Assembly (NCBI RefSeq): GCF_009914755.1
Contig: NC_060935.1
Direction: 5' to 3' (one strand)
From: the human T2T-CHM13v2.0 reference genome, Homo sapiens
DNA: 64,000 bases
In this document: piece after piece, positions 50,092-64,000 of the stretch
Layout of the letters: each line of letters starts with the position of its first letter
How positions within the stretch are numbered: position 1 is the stretch's first letter
Made by a program: the position numbers and the translations under genes
Notes under the pieces: generated by a model
What the model saw: only the letters and a program-made list of their open reading frames with translations
Told to the model about the DNA's origin: nothing
Database searches by the model: none

Positions 50092-51286
50092 ACTGCAAAG
50101 GAACGAGAGATAAAAGTTTGGGAGGATAGAAATATTCTAGATATTGATTGCAATTATGATAGTGACAATATGGTTATACATATTTGTCAAAACTCAACCA
50201 ACCCTATTTTAAAATAGATGCATCTTATTGTATATTAATTGTACCTCAATAAAATTGATTTAAAAAGAGTTAATCTCTTTAAAATTTTCTTCTTATGCCT
50301 CTTGTCACCCTATACAATACTCTCGTTAATAGTTTTATGTATTCTCTGCTTCAGTACCCCTCATCTATTGTTGATTCTCCAGCCCAAGACATTAAATTAA
50401 ACTCTGAAATGAGAATATTCAATTACCTGTTAGACCTGTCCACTGAAGGATGTGAACTGATTACCATGTTTTGATTTATATTTTTATGAGTTTACCTCAA
50501 AAAACTCTAAAATTAAGATCATCTAGGTAAAGCTTAGACCTCTATAAGAAATTTGGTAGTTGGAAAATCCTGTCTTAGAACATTTCTTTCCAAACTATAT
50601 TTCAAGGTGCCCTAGTATTCAGCCTGATGCCTTAGGAACCATGGGAAAGTAGAGGATGTCACAGGCAGGTATAGGGAGTGGGGAAAACACACAAAGAGGA
50701 AACAGGCTCACAAACTTTAACCAAATAACTTCCCTTTTATCTGCTTTATATATAAAGATTCCATGTAGGAGTTTGTTTTAAAAAGTTGTTCAACTGCTAA
50801 AAATATTTCGAAATAATTACTTTAGAAGTTTGGTAAAGACTTACAAGAAGCATCCTAATTTTATCTTTCTGAGTCACAGGGAACCAATCATAAAATAACC
50901 AATGTAGCAGGGAAAGAATCTATTACCCCATATTCCATAAGCCCCTTGTGGGCGGCACCAGAGAATAACCTTGTTTCTGGCTCAATGACAGTATGGATCA
51001 CATCCAATTCATCTCTGTATCACCAAGTGCCTATCACCTAGTACAAACTCAAATGCTTCCCGAGCTTCAAATGATATGCAAACAATGCTGAAAGGTACAA
51101 TAAAAGGATTGTAAGCTGGCACTCTTTTGTACAGCTTCTAATGCATACCACTTCTAGGTATATTCCCTTAAGAATCTCTAGCACAAGTGAGCCAGGGAGA
51201 ATGTACAAGACTGTTGATAACAGCACTGTTTGTAACAGTAAAACAATAAACAACTAAAATTTCCATTAAGAAAATGGGTAAGTTAT

Positions 51287-51609
<323 letters not shown>

Positions 51610-51963
51610 TTATTTATGATATATATATACAATGAAATACTATATAGCAAAGATAACAAAGAAAGTTAAAAATTCATACAAATGAATCTCAACAAATACA
51701 ATGTTGAGTGAGAAAAATGCAAGTTGCATAATATCACAGGGCATGATACTATCTAAGACAACACTATCTATTGTCAGAGTGGTAGTTACAATCTGTTGAA
51801 CATAAGGGAGATGTTTTGGGAGGGGTCACCTGGGAGATTTCCACTGTACTGAGAGTGTTTCATTTTTGAAGCTTGGTGGTTGGGTAAATGGGTACTCATT
51901 TTATTATTTTCAGCATATTTATATAGTTAGAACATTCATAACACAGTTTTTAAAGTTCTATAC

Positions 51964-52142
51964 CAAGGGTGGGCAAACTAAGGCCTGTAGGCCAAATCCA
52001 GCCCATCATCCAGCTTTGTAAGTAAAGTTTTACTGGAACATAGCCACATTCACGGCTGCACTGCAACAGCTGAACTGAGTAACCACAACACAGAAGCCTA
52101 TTTATTATCTGTCCCTTTACAAGAAATGTTTGCCAACCTCTG
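51964..52142. mobile_element. MER58-like hAT MITE
   Basis: caagggtgggcaaac…gtttgccaacctctg imperfect terminal inverted repeats. Confidence 0.75.
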
Positions 52143-52296
52143 TTCTTTAACAAGATATAAGTAAAGACCTAGAGTGCAAATGAAGGAGCAATTAATTGTG
52201 AAATAATCAAATATAACCAAGTGGTTACTGGGAAAAATGACCAGCAGAGTTGATAACAGACAGGTAAGGGCGGGGGGCGGGATGGAAGAAAACAAA

Positions 52297-52690
52297 GTTT
52301 TGGTCCATTTTCTGTTGCTATAACAGAATACCACAAACTGGGTAATTATAAACAACAGACGTTTATTTGGTTCATGGTTCTCGGGACTGGGAAGTCCAGG
52401 TGTAGGGGCCTGTATCTGGCAAGGGCCTTCACGCTGTATCATCCCATGGTAGAAAGCAGAAGAGCAACAGAACACAAGAGGGAAAGTGGAAAGGGGCCAA
52501 ACTTTTCCTTTTATCAGGAACCCACTCCTGTAATAAATAACTCACTCTCACAACAATGGCAATAATCCATTCATAAGGGCTCTGCCCTCATGACCTAATG
52601 ACCTTTTAAAAGTCCCACTTCTCAGTATTGTTGCATTGGGAATTAGGTTTCCAACACATGAACTTTAGAGGACACATTCAAACCATAACA
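52297..52690 (-). mobile_element. MaLR solo LTR (MSTD/MLT1A-like)
   Basis: gttgctataacagaataccacaaactgg…cacattcaaaccataaca. Confidence 0.75.
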
Positions 52691-52715
52691 AGTAAAAACA
52701 AAATAAGCTTTAGAG

Positions 52716-52890
52716 CACTGCTGTTCAACAGAGTTTTCTAAGATGGCAAAAATGTTCTATATCTGCACTGTCCAACATGGTAGACACTAGTCACATGTGG
52801 CCTTTAAGCATTTGAAATATGGCTACTGGGACTGAGAAACAGAATTTTAAAATGCATTTATTTTTAGTTACTTTCAGTATTCACAAGTAC
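52716..52890. mobile_element. MER3-like hAT MITE
   Basis: aatgttctatatctgcactgtccaacatggtagacactagtcacatgtgg. Confidence 0.7.
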
Positions 52891-53273
52891 CAGTGGTAAA
52901 GGCACAAATATGAATAATTAAAGGGCAGGCTGCAGACAGATTTGAGAATCATATGGTATTTATGGGAACTGAGTCAAATGATTACTCTCTCCAAGAAAGA
53001 GGGCATTAAAAAAAAAAGGATATAAAGCAAGAGAAGCAGAGATTTAACAGAATTAAAGCAGAATTAAGCAGAATTTAATAGAATTGAAGACTTCCATGCT
53101 AATTAATTAAGTAAACAGACATTAGGTGAATCAGAGGTACAAGAGCTAGAGACGACAGAGAAACCAGAAGAGCCACAACTCAAAATAAAAAAGATGAGTT
53201 ATATACGCCTACATATGAATGAGGAAGATTTTTGGAATTAATGCTTAGCCAGAAAAACCGAAAAAGAACTTGG

Positions 53274-53858
53274 CTTTCTGTTCCTGGCTTATTTCACTTA
53301 ACATAATGTCCTCTAGGGTCATCCATGTTATTGCAAATGACAGGATTTCAATCTTCTTTATGGCTGAATAATATTTCATTGTGTATATATACTACATTTT
53401 CTTTATCCATTTATCCACTGACGGACATTTAGGTTGATTCCACATCTTAGCTATTGTGAATAGTGCTATAAGACATCTCTTCAACATACTGATTTCCATT
53501 CATTTGGATATATATCCAGCAGTAGAGAGTAGATTGGTGGTTACCAGAGGTTGGGAAGGATAGGAAGGTGGGGCCAATGAGAGGTTGGTTAATGGGTATA
53601 AAATTACAGTCAGATAGAAGGAATACATTCTACTGTTTAATAGCACAGCAGGGTGACTATAGTTAACAATAATTTATGGTATATTCTAAAACAGGTAGGA
53701 GAGAAGATTTGGAAATGTTCTCAACACTCCATGATATATAATAAATATTTGAGATGATGGATATCTCAATTACCCCCATTTGATCCTTACACATTGTACG
53801 CATGCATCAAAATATCACACATACACTATAAATATATAGTTATTATGTATCAATTTTA
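53274..53858 (+). mobile_element. L1MA 3' end with 5' inversion
   Basis: 53274-~53520 is antisense L1, ~53521-53858 is the sense 3' terminus; see findings. Confidence 0.75.
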
Positions 53859-54499
53859 GAAAGGATTTGTATATTAATGTTTTTCTCTTCATTTGATCAA
53901 AAAAAGTCTGCAAAAGATAAGTCAAATTATATTTTCTAGATTTCTGCCATACAGAAAGATGTTTATCTTTTATTACTTCACCAAATTATCAACTAGTCAA
54001 TGTATGTTTGGCTTCCACTGAAGAAATATTTGTCTAGAAATAAATCCTATTAAGAATTACTAAGCTTTTAAAAAATCTTCCATTAAATTGACGTTTGTTC
54101 TCTTTTCTACTATGACACACTGTATCTCATTCTTCCTCATCCAAACCACAAAGAAAATATTTCACAAGCTTCTAAAAAATGTTAGTTCATATATTGCACA
54201 AGAACATGCTATGAAAAAGGAACATGTGAGGAACAAATTATCTCACCACAAACCAGCTGAGTTGATTTCTGTAGATTTGATGAAATCAGTTATCTGATTT
54301 CCAGGGTCTAGCAATAGTTTTTTGTTTGTTTGTTTTAGTTTAGAGTTTAAAGAAATCTGCCTAATAATATACAGACAGAGAAAGATATATTCAGTATCTG
54401 CTCTAGTAACTACTGGCATAAGAAATAAATAGTATTTCTTGGGGAATCTGTCCAAATACTTGTATTTAGATATCAACATGAACTTATTCTTTTTATTTC

Positions 54500-54801
<302 letters not shown>

Positions 54802-55128
54802 TAGGCTGGGGAAAAGAAAACTGGAGGAATCACATTACCTAACTTCAAATTATACTACAGAGCTATAGTAACCAAAACAGTATGGTACTGGCATAAAAAT
54901 AGACTCACAGACCAATGGAACAGAAGACAGAACCCAGAATCAAATCCATGCATCTACAGTGAACTCATTTTCAACAATGGTGCTAAGAACATACACTGGG
55001 GGAAAAGTGCTGGGAAAACTGGACATCCATATGCAGAAGAATGAAACTAGACCCCTATCTCTCACCATATACAAAAATCAAATCAGAATGAATTAAAGAC
55101 TTAAATCTAAGACCTCAAACTATGAAAC

Positions 55129-55421
55129 TTTTTTTTTTTTTTTGAGACAGAGTCTTGCTCTGTTGCCCAGGCTGGAGTGCAGTGGCATGATCTCGGCACA
55201 CTGTGACCTCCACTTCCCGGTTCAAGCGATTCTCCTGCCTCAGCCTCCTGAGTAGCTGGGACTACAGGTGCCCACCACCACACCTGGCTAATTTTTGTAT
55301 TTTTAGTAGAGACAGCATTTCACCATATTGGCCAGGTGGTCTTGAACTCCTGACCTTGTGATCCACCTGCCTTGGCCTCCCAAAGCGCTGGGATTACAGG
55401 TGTGAGCCACTACACCCAGCC
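55129..55421 (-). mobile_element. AluS (Sg/Sc-like) inside the older L1
   Basis: Full antisense dimer. Confidence 0.88.
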
Positions 55422-55728
55422 CAAAACTATTAAAATAAAGCATTGGGGGAAATTCTCTAAGACACTGGACTGGGCAAAGATTTCTTGAGTAATACCCTGT
55501 AAGCACAGGCAATCAAAGCAAAAATGGACAAATGGGATCACATCAAGTTAAAAAACTTCTGCACAGCAAAGTAAACAATCAACAAAGTGCAGAGACAGCC
55601 CATGGAATGGTAAAAAATATTTGTAAATTATCCAGTTGACAAGGGATTAATAACCAGAATATATAAGGAGCTCAAACAACTCTATAGGAAAAAAAAATCT
55701 AATAATCTGATTTTTAAAATGAGCAAAA

Positions 55729-56549
55729 GCATCATCACTGGCCATCAGAGAAATGCAAATCAAAACTACAATGAGATACCATCTCACACCAGTTAGAATT
55801 TTAGTATATGTGCTGCCGAAGCGAGCACGCTCTCACACCAGTTAGAATGGCAATCACTAAAAAGTCAGGAAACAACAGGTGCTGGAGAGGATGTGAAGAA
55901 ACAGGAACACTTTTACACTGTTGGTGGGACTGTAAACTAGTTCAACCATTGGGGCGATTCCTCAAGGATCTAGAACTAGAAATACCATTTGACCGAGCAA
56001 TCCCATTACTGGGTATATACCCAAAGGATTATAAATCATGCTGCTCTGAAGACACATGCACATATATGTTTACTGCAGCACTATTCAAAATAGCAAAGAC
56101 TTGGAACCAACCCAAATGCCCATCAATGATAGACTGGATTAAGAAAATGTGGCATATACACCATGGAATACTATGCAGTCATAAAAAAGGATGAGTTCAT
56201 GTCCTTTGTAGGGACATGGATGAAGCTGGAAACCACCATTCTGAGCAAACTACAGCAAGGACAGAAAACCAAACACCACATGTTCTCACTCATAGGTGGG
56301 AATTGAACAATGAGAACACTTGGACACAGGGTGGGGAACATCACACACTGGGGCCTGTCATGGGGTGGGGGGAGCGGGGAGGGATAGCGTTAGGAGATAT
56401 ACCTAATGTAAATGACGAGTTAATGGGTACAGCACACCACATGGCACATGTATACATATGTAACAAACCTGCACATTGTGCACATGTACCCCAGAACTTA
56501 AAGTATAATAAAAAAAGAAAAATAAATAAATACATAAAAATAAAAAATA
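55729..56549 (+). mobile_element. 5'-truncated L1PA inside the older L1
   Basis: ORF2 C-terminus, 3'UTR and A-rich tail; 13-bp TSD aaaatgagcaaaa (55716-55728 / 56550-56562). Confidence 0.92.
55797..55828 (-). pseudogene. 3'-truncated (tailless) U6 snRNA retrocopy, U6 nt 1-32
   Basis: Reverse complement GTGCTCGCTTCGGCAGCACATATACTAAAATT is identical to the U6 5' end as I recall it; flanked by direct repeat tctcacaccagttagaat (55782-55799 / 55831-55848). Confidence 0.93.
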
Positions 56550-56717
56550 AAAATGAGCAAAAAATCTGAATAGACATTTCTCAAAAAAAGTCATATAAAT
56601 GGCAAGCAGGCATATAAAAAGGTGCTCAATATCATTGACCATCAGAGAAACATAAATCAAAACTATAATTAGATAGCATGTCATCCCAGGTCAAATGACT
56701 TTTATCCAAAAGACAGG

Positions 56718-57399
<682 letters not shown>

Positions 57400-58845
57400 A
57401 CAGGCAATAAAAAATGCTGGTAAGGATGTGGAGAAAACAGAACTCTCATACATTAAAACTACTATGAAAAAATTAAAAGTCCAATAAAAGAAACTGTAAA
57501 GTTGAAGAAGTCTCCCAAAAAGTACAACATAATGACAAAGATGGAAAATAAGAAAGAAATGAAATTTAAAGAAGCAAGCTAGGAGATATCATATCTTAAT
57601 AATGGGAAGTTCCAGAAAGAGAAAACAAAAGGGAAGAATTAATCCAAGAAATCAAAGGGTACACTGAGAATATTCCATAAACTTCTAAAAAAAGAAAAAA
57701 CAAACAATTAGATCAGATACAAATAATCAAGAACTAGGATGGCTTTGGATTCTCAATACTTACACAGTAAAGAAGAAAACAATGAGGTATGGACTCCAAT
57801 GTTTCAATGAAAGAGTTTTCAACCTTTAATTCTATATCCAAGTACAAGCAAATAATATGCCATTTTCATAAACATAGTATCTCAAAAAACTTACTTCCCA
57901 TGCCCACTTTCGCAAGAAGGTACTGGAGGATGTGCTCTACCAAAGGACAGTATAAATCAAGAAAAAAATAAGACATATCATAAAGAAAACTGGAGATCTA
58001 ACACAACAAAGACATATAGGAAGATCTCAGGATAAATACTTGCATCTGACACAGAGGGCAACTAGTCCAGATTAGAAGAATGTAACTCAAAAGACAGTCA
58101 TAATGAGGGTTGTTATCACCAAGATAACTGCTAATGTAAGAACAGAATGTCCAGGAAATACGAAAAGAACATAAAATAATTGTTTTGTTCCCTAAGAAGG
58201 CAGGAGGGGATGAGATATAATCCAAAGCTGAGGTGAAAAGATCACCTTTAGACAGGAACAACTGCTACTGAGACTCTGGAAGAGTCTTCAACACAGATGA
58301 AGTGGACAATATTGAAGCTGTCTTCCAACGGTTTCTATCGTCTCTGTAAATTAGGAAGAAAACCCACTTGCTAAGCATAAAAGAGAAGGGGTAAGTTTGA
58401 GGTTTGAAGAGGGGGGAAAAGTTGAAATAACTGTTAAAAATAGTAGGAAAAGTTAACTAGGGAAAAGACAGTAGGCCATCTAAGCAGTGTTGAAACTGCT
58501 GCACTGGTTTCTCTATTAATTTATGATCATGAATCTGCTCCGTCGAAACTTTTCTTCAGCAGTACTTGGCTGCTTAGATACAGATTATCCAGTTACGGGG
58601 GCTCATCAGAGTTACAATTTCATTTCATTTGAAGAAGGGCAAAGATAAGAATATAAGTTAGAGTATTATTTAAATAATGAGCTATGAACTTTAACGAGGA
58701 TAACAAAGAAAATGAGAAAGGATAACATGTATTAAATGGTTAGGATAATGCCAAGGCAATATTAAGCAATAAAAAAGATAGCTATTATTATTACTAACCA
58801 CAGTCCTCCAGCAGTACGTGATTTCCATCACTCTAATTTGCAATC

Positions 58846-58864
58846 ATGTATATATGTATGTGTA

Positions 58865-58898
<34 letters not shown>

Positions 58899-58977
58899 AT
58901 GTATGTATGTATATATATGTATGTGTATATATATGTATATATGTGTGTGTATATATATGTGTATGTATATATATACA
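58846..58977. repeat. Compound (TA)n/(TG)n/(TATG)n microsatellite
   Basis: About 130 bp of alternating purine-pyrimidine sequence. Confidence 0.95.
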
Positions 58978-59153
58978 TCTCACTCTCTTCTACCATATTG
59001 AGCTCTTTGAGGATAAGTAGTATGTCTTACTCATCTGTCTCTTCCCAAAGCCTAACTCAGTAGTTAGCATGCTGTAAGAGGCTCTTAAATGTGTATGATT
59101 AAACCAACAAATCAAATACCCTGCTTTTAAGCTACCCATATAGGGCATTATCA

Positions 59154-59215
59154 CCTTAACATTAATTCAGAAAAATAGATATTTCCTTAACATTAATTCA
59201 GAAAAACAGATATTT
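59154..59215. repeat. 31-bp tandem duplication
   Basis: ccttaacattaattcagaaaaa(t/c)agatattt twice, one mismatch. Confidence 0.9.
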
Positions 59216-59894
59216 TCAAGAAAGGCATCTAAGGGCCACTGACAATTCAATGGTGGAAATTTACTAAGTAGCTAACAGCATGATTGATAGGAGTTTTCCT
59301 GTACTGCAGACTATAGAATTAGCATGAGGAAGAAAATGAGTTAATGTACAGTACATGAAAACTGAAAGTATGTTTTCTCATTTTTAAGGGGCAGGAGGGA
59401 CCAACCCCTGCCTCTATTTTTAATCAGTTTAGTACCCCACAATGTTTCATTAAATGAATACTCCAAAGCATGACCTACCCAATGCTGATCAAATATATGC
59501 ATAAAGACTTCAAAGTAAGTTCGAGAACATATATTAATCTGTGAGCTGGCCAGGCCCTTTAACTTCCTCTTTGCTTTAGGCAGAGAGCAGATCCCCCAAA
59601 TAAGAATGTACTTTCTCTGGTTTATTGAAGGCCATCTTTTTTAGCTGTAGATCCAATAGAAAAAAAATAGGATTTTATTTTTGCTGTTGCTTAAGTTAAT
59701 ATAATGTTCATTTAAAAATATTCATAGGGAAAAATATACAGCTTTGATATAATAGTAGACATATATAGAATATAGTGAATTACAACCTTAAGTGCGAGCT
59801 GTGCTAAAAATCATCTTTAGTAAATGTGTTCTTTGAAACTGTTGGTCCTTGTAAGTCTGAAGCACTATGTAATACCTAATACGATACTAAAACC

Positions 59895-60188
59895 AGCCAG
59901 GCCCAGTAGCTCACCCCTATAATCCCAGCATTTTGGGAGGCTGAGGTGGGAGGATCTCTTAAGCCCAGGAGTTAAAGAATAGCCTGGGCAACAAAGTGAG
60001 ACCACGCCTCTGCGAAAATAAAAATTAAGAAATTAGCTGGGTATGGTGGCAGGCACCTGTGGTCCTAGCTACATGGGAGGCTGAGGCAAGAGGATCCCTT
60101 GAGACCAGGAGGTTCAGGTTGCAGTGAGCCATGTTCAAGCCACTGCACTCTAGCCTGTTATGACAGAGCGAGACCCTGTCTCAAAAAC
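59895..60188 (+). mobile_element. AluJ
   Basis: Diverged dimer; flanking atactaaaac on both sides. Confidence 0.85.
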
Positions 60189-61079
60189 TATATATACTAA
60201 AACACCTAAACCTCTAGGTCTAATACTTTATGGAAAATATATGCAGAGTTTTCATCTGAGATGACAAAACAGTTCCTTGTCTCTATATTTTCTAACCTGT
60301 ATTCTAATAAGCAGAAGTCACAACAGAAGCTAGGAAAAGGGGATTTCAGGCAGTGAACAAAAAGGAAAGAAAAAACGTTTTTGCAATAGGATACTTCTTA
60401 GTCCAGTTTGACTCCCTTCAACACTCTTGTTTTTGCCTGAAGGTCCCGAGAACTGTCCCATCTCTACTTTCAAGGAAAGAACTTGCAGTTTCTGGCCAGA
60501 GTTGACCTCTTTTCCAGAGCTACTGCAGAAAAAAGAGCACCTGCTCTGGCTGCATCCCCATTCACAATTGCTGATTTGTAAATTAAGCAATTCGACTACA
60601 GCAATGTGTGTGTTTGTTAGTCATTAAGAACAATACATTTGAGGGGGATGGGTTGAAAATAAGAAAAAACAAAATGATAAAATGTTTGGGTTTTGGGAAA
60701 ACAGGAAAGAATGACAGATACAATCCAAAGCAGAGCTTGCCTGTCAGCAACAAGGGAGAAACCTGGCAACAGATTACAAAGGTTTCCTTTTCCTCTACTA
60801 TCTTCTCTTTATTTCAGTGAAAGTTAAAGACACATCATAGGTGGTATAAACAGGGAAATGCTAGATCAAGTTTGGGTACACAAACTGTAATCTAATCTAT
60901 CTGCATTTCAGAGTAATACCCAGAGGACAGACATCTTCATATAGCTACTGAACATACTCTTTTGTTTGTCCCGTACGCAGCTCAAAATCATCAAATAGTA
61001 ATGTGCAATTTTACCCATAAATTCAGGATAAACGTAATGAAATTTTTTAAAAATCTAAGTTTTTTTAGAAATAAAAAAT

Positions 61080-61690
<611 letters not shown>

Positions 61691-62288
61691 GCTTCATAAT
61701 TATCATTAGACATAGTTGTGGCCAAAATTGTAGTTAATAAAAAATTCAGGCTAAGAGATACACTATAAAAATATATTTTTAATAGAAATATTCTTTTGCA
61801 TAAAACTTTTCTTATAAAAATTTTTCAAAAAATACAGATACAATCTAACAAAAATTATGCTAAAATGTCTTTCTCCGATGATTCAGAAGATACCTGAAGA
61901 TTCTGCCTAGCTTCAATAATTTATTGAAACCATGACATGAGTCTCATAAAATAGCTCAGAAGTAGTTTCCCAGTTTGAGTCATTATTTTATTTCTTACAT
62001 CACTCTTGTATCTTCTACATCAATAACCACTAGATAACAAATGTTTGCCGCACCTAGGGAATAATATAATCCTTTACTGTGACTTGTCTGTAAACATTTT
62101 CTTAACTAAAAATTAATTCCAAATTATCTGAAACAGATGCTATCCAAACAATAACAAGTATATTCCAATGAGATGCAACATAGCCTGGCTACTCTTTTAT
62201 AGATTCAATCCCATAAACCCAACACCCAACTTAAGTTGTTTTTGTTTTCAATGAAGTAAAATTACCATAGATATGAAAGCTGTATTAC

Positions 62289-62417
62289 CTTCATAATGTT
62301 AACTAAATCTGTTTGATAGTAGCGATCCTGATGTGCATTTGCTGCCGCTAGGGTAAGAAGATAATCATTCCTTGCGTGGGTAGCTTTGGAATTACACTCA
62401 GATCGCCGGGCTTTTAA
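62289..62417 (-). CDS. FCHSD2: FCHSD2 internal coding exon, 129 nt (F-BAR region)
   Basis: Minus strand ttttag|TTAAAAGCC...ATTATGAAG|gtaat; 43 open codons LKARRSECNSKATHARNDYLLTLAAANAHQDRYYQTDLVNIMK, with the ARNDYLL motif typical of FCHSD/srGAP-type F-BAR domains. Confidence 0.96.
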
Positions 62418-63262
62418 CTAAAACATAGCAAAATAAAATAATCAGTGCAAACTGATATTGTACTGCAAAACACATAGGAATCCTACTCTTAGTTTGCAAT
62501 TAATGGCTCCCCAACAAGAATAAAGGTAACCACGTGCGGAAAACATTTATACGTATATAAAAATTATTCATCACTACTAAGGAATGAAACAGTGACTAGA
62601 ACTGTTATACAGGGCAGGAGCATTTTCAAATATTTGCTTAACATACTTCTAAAGCTTTGTAGATAACTTAAAAATATTTTGCCCATTTATTCAAATGACT
62701 AAATAAAGGTTCTGAAATAAGTACCTTATCTTCAAAGGTATGGGTAAAATCTAGTGGAGTTAGAAAACAGTTTTTTAAAAATCAGCACTCCTAATGTGCC
62801 AGATGAACTGCATGCTAGTTTGAAGCCTGGCAGCCACAGCCAGGTCTCTAAGCTTACTTAATCAGGCATTCCACAGTGTGAAGTTTCCGAAGGAAAAACT
62901 CACTCACATCTGGCCCAGAATATCACTCAGGGGTCTAAATCTAAACGAAATAGATTTTGTAGAGCTTTCCAAAGCCCCCGGATTAAGTCTCTTGGACTAA
63001 GAGCTAAAGACAACAGGCTGCCTAAGCAGGTAAGGTCCAGAAACTTATCCCTAATGCAGTCTTGAGAAGCAAGTGTGTCCAAGGTGTTGACAGCTGGGTG
63101 CAAAACCCCCATGAACTGGGAGGGAAAGTTCCTCCCTGAGTCAGTGACTTTAAAATGCTTCTCTAAGGTAGAAATAATCCACCTCCACCCTCAAAGATCC
63201 AATTCTCTGTTTTACAAGCTAAGAGGTTTCTCAGTTGTGAAATACACTTATTGAAAACTTAC
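62418..63262 (-). other. FCHSD2: FCHSD2 phase-0 intron, 845 nt
   Basis: GTAAG donor (GT at 63261-63262) and AG acceptor at 62418-62419; …KASVK|LKARR… joins in frame. Confidence 0.9.
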
Positions 63263-63317
63263 CTTTACACTTGCCTTCTGTAAACTGATTCTTGATTGAA
63301 AAAGACTAAGTTTAGAT
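63263..63317 (-). CDS. FCHSD2: FCHSD2 internal coding exon, 55 nt (F-BAR region)
   Basis: Minus strand tatag|ATCTAAACTT...GTGTAAAG|gtaag; after 1 nt it reads SKLSLFQSRISLQKASVK, recognised as FCHSD2; ends in phase 0, in frame with the next exon. Confidence 0.93.
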
Positions 63318-64000
63318 CTATAATAAAAATAGAAAAGTATGTTTAATAAAATCATCTAATTATATCACAATAAAATTACTAAATATATTATTAAAATTTA
63401 AAAATAATCTTTTTTGAAGATACTGCTCTAAAAAAGAATGAAAAAATGGAAAACCAAGAGTAATGATTATTTTCCTTTATTTTACTACAGGAAGAATTTA
63501 TTATCATGGTAAAACAGGAAATACTGGGATTAATATAAGACAAATATCCAGAATGACCAAAAAAAAAAAAAAAAAAACTTGACCAAAAAAAAATCAAAAT
63601 ATATTGGTGTCTCCTAATAAACAAGAGCCATCAAATTATAGACTATTCTCAGTACCATACAACTTCATACACTTTAGTTCCTGCAAAGGTTAGAGAGACC
63701 CAGGGACAATCAACCTATGGAGGCAAGCGTCAGCAAACTTTCAGGGCTGTGTGTGAAAGACTCTAACAATAGGCTCTATGAAGTCCTTACTTCTATTATT
63801 TCCACCATTAAAAGTACTTCTTGTTTGGGTACCTGCCTGTGTGCCTCCTCTGCTCTAAGGGGGTATTCTGAACTTACTGAGAAAGTCCTGGGACTCTCTG
63901 CCCTGTATGATGTAATCTTCTCCCACTCTTGGGTTCTTATTTCCCTTGATCCTTTTTCAGTTTGGGAGAGTAACCATAATCTAACAATAGGTAGTACAAA

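Noticed and set aside
55808-56194. 128-aa ORF with a novel N-terminus (MCCRSEHA…)
   Set aside because: The start falls in the antisense U6 fragment fused by chance to L1 ORF2 remnants; there is no promoter or splice support.
55797-56549. Classic U6/L1 template-switch chimera
   Set aside because: U6 is partial, antisense to the L1, internal rather than at its 5' end, and has its own TSD.
58818-59063. Tyr/Val/Ile-rich ORFs
   Set aside because: Translation of a TA/TG microsatellite.

Overview
Human genomic DNA: Alu, L1 and MaLR content indicate a primate, and an AluYa5 with all five diagnostic changes points to human. The window lies inside FCHSD2 (F-BAR and double SH3 domains 2), transcribed on the minus strand. 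Three coding exons of the F-BAR region are visible (63263-63317, 62289-62417, 3-125), all with canonical AG/GT ends and a continuous reading frame; the last two are separated by a ~62.2 kb intron that fills most of the window. That intron is mostly retroelement debris: ~34 Alu copies or fragments, four 5'-truncated L1PA insertions, older L1M/L2/MIR, ERV1 and MaLR solo LTRs, hAT MITEs, and a full-length RPL15 processed pseudogene. The provided ORF track is mainly repeat-derived noise and misses the real exons. I found no new biological system. The most unusual item is a 32-nt, poly(A)-less copy of the U6 snRNA 5' end with its own 18-bp target-site duplication, inside an L1PA that is itself inside an older L1. 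Also notable: an AluYa5 inserted in another Alu, an old twin-primed (5'-inverted) L1, and a candidate 114-nt poison exon. Repeat subfamily names come from recalled consensus sequences and need RepeatMasker/Dfam confirmation.
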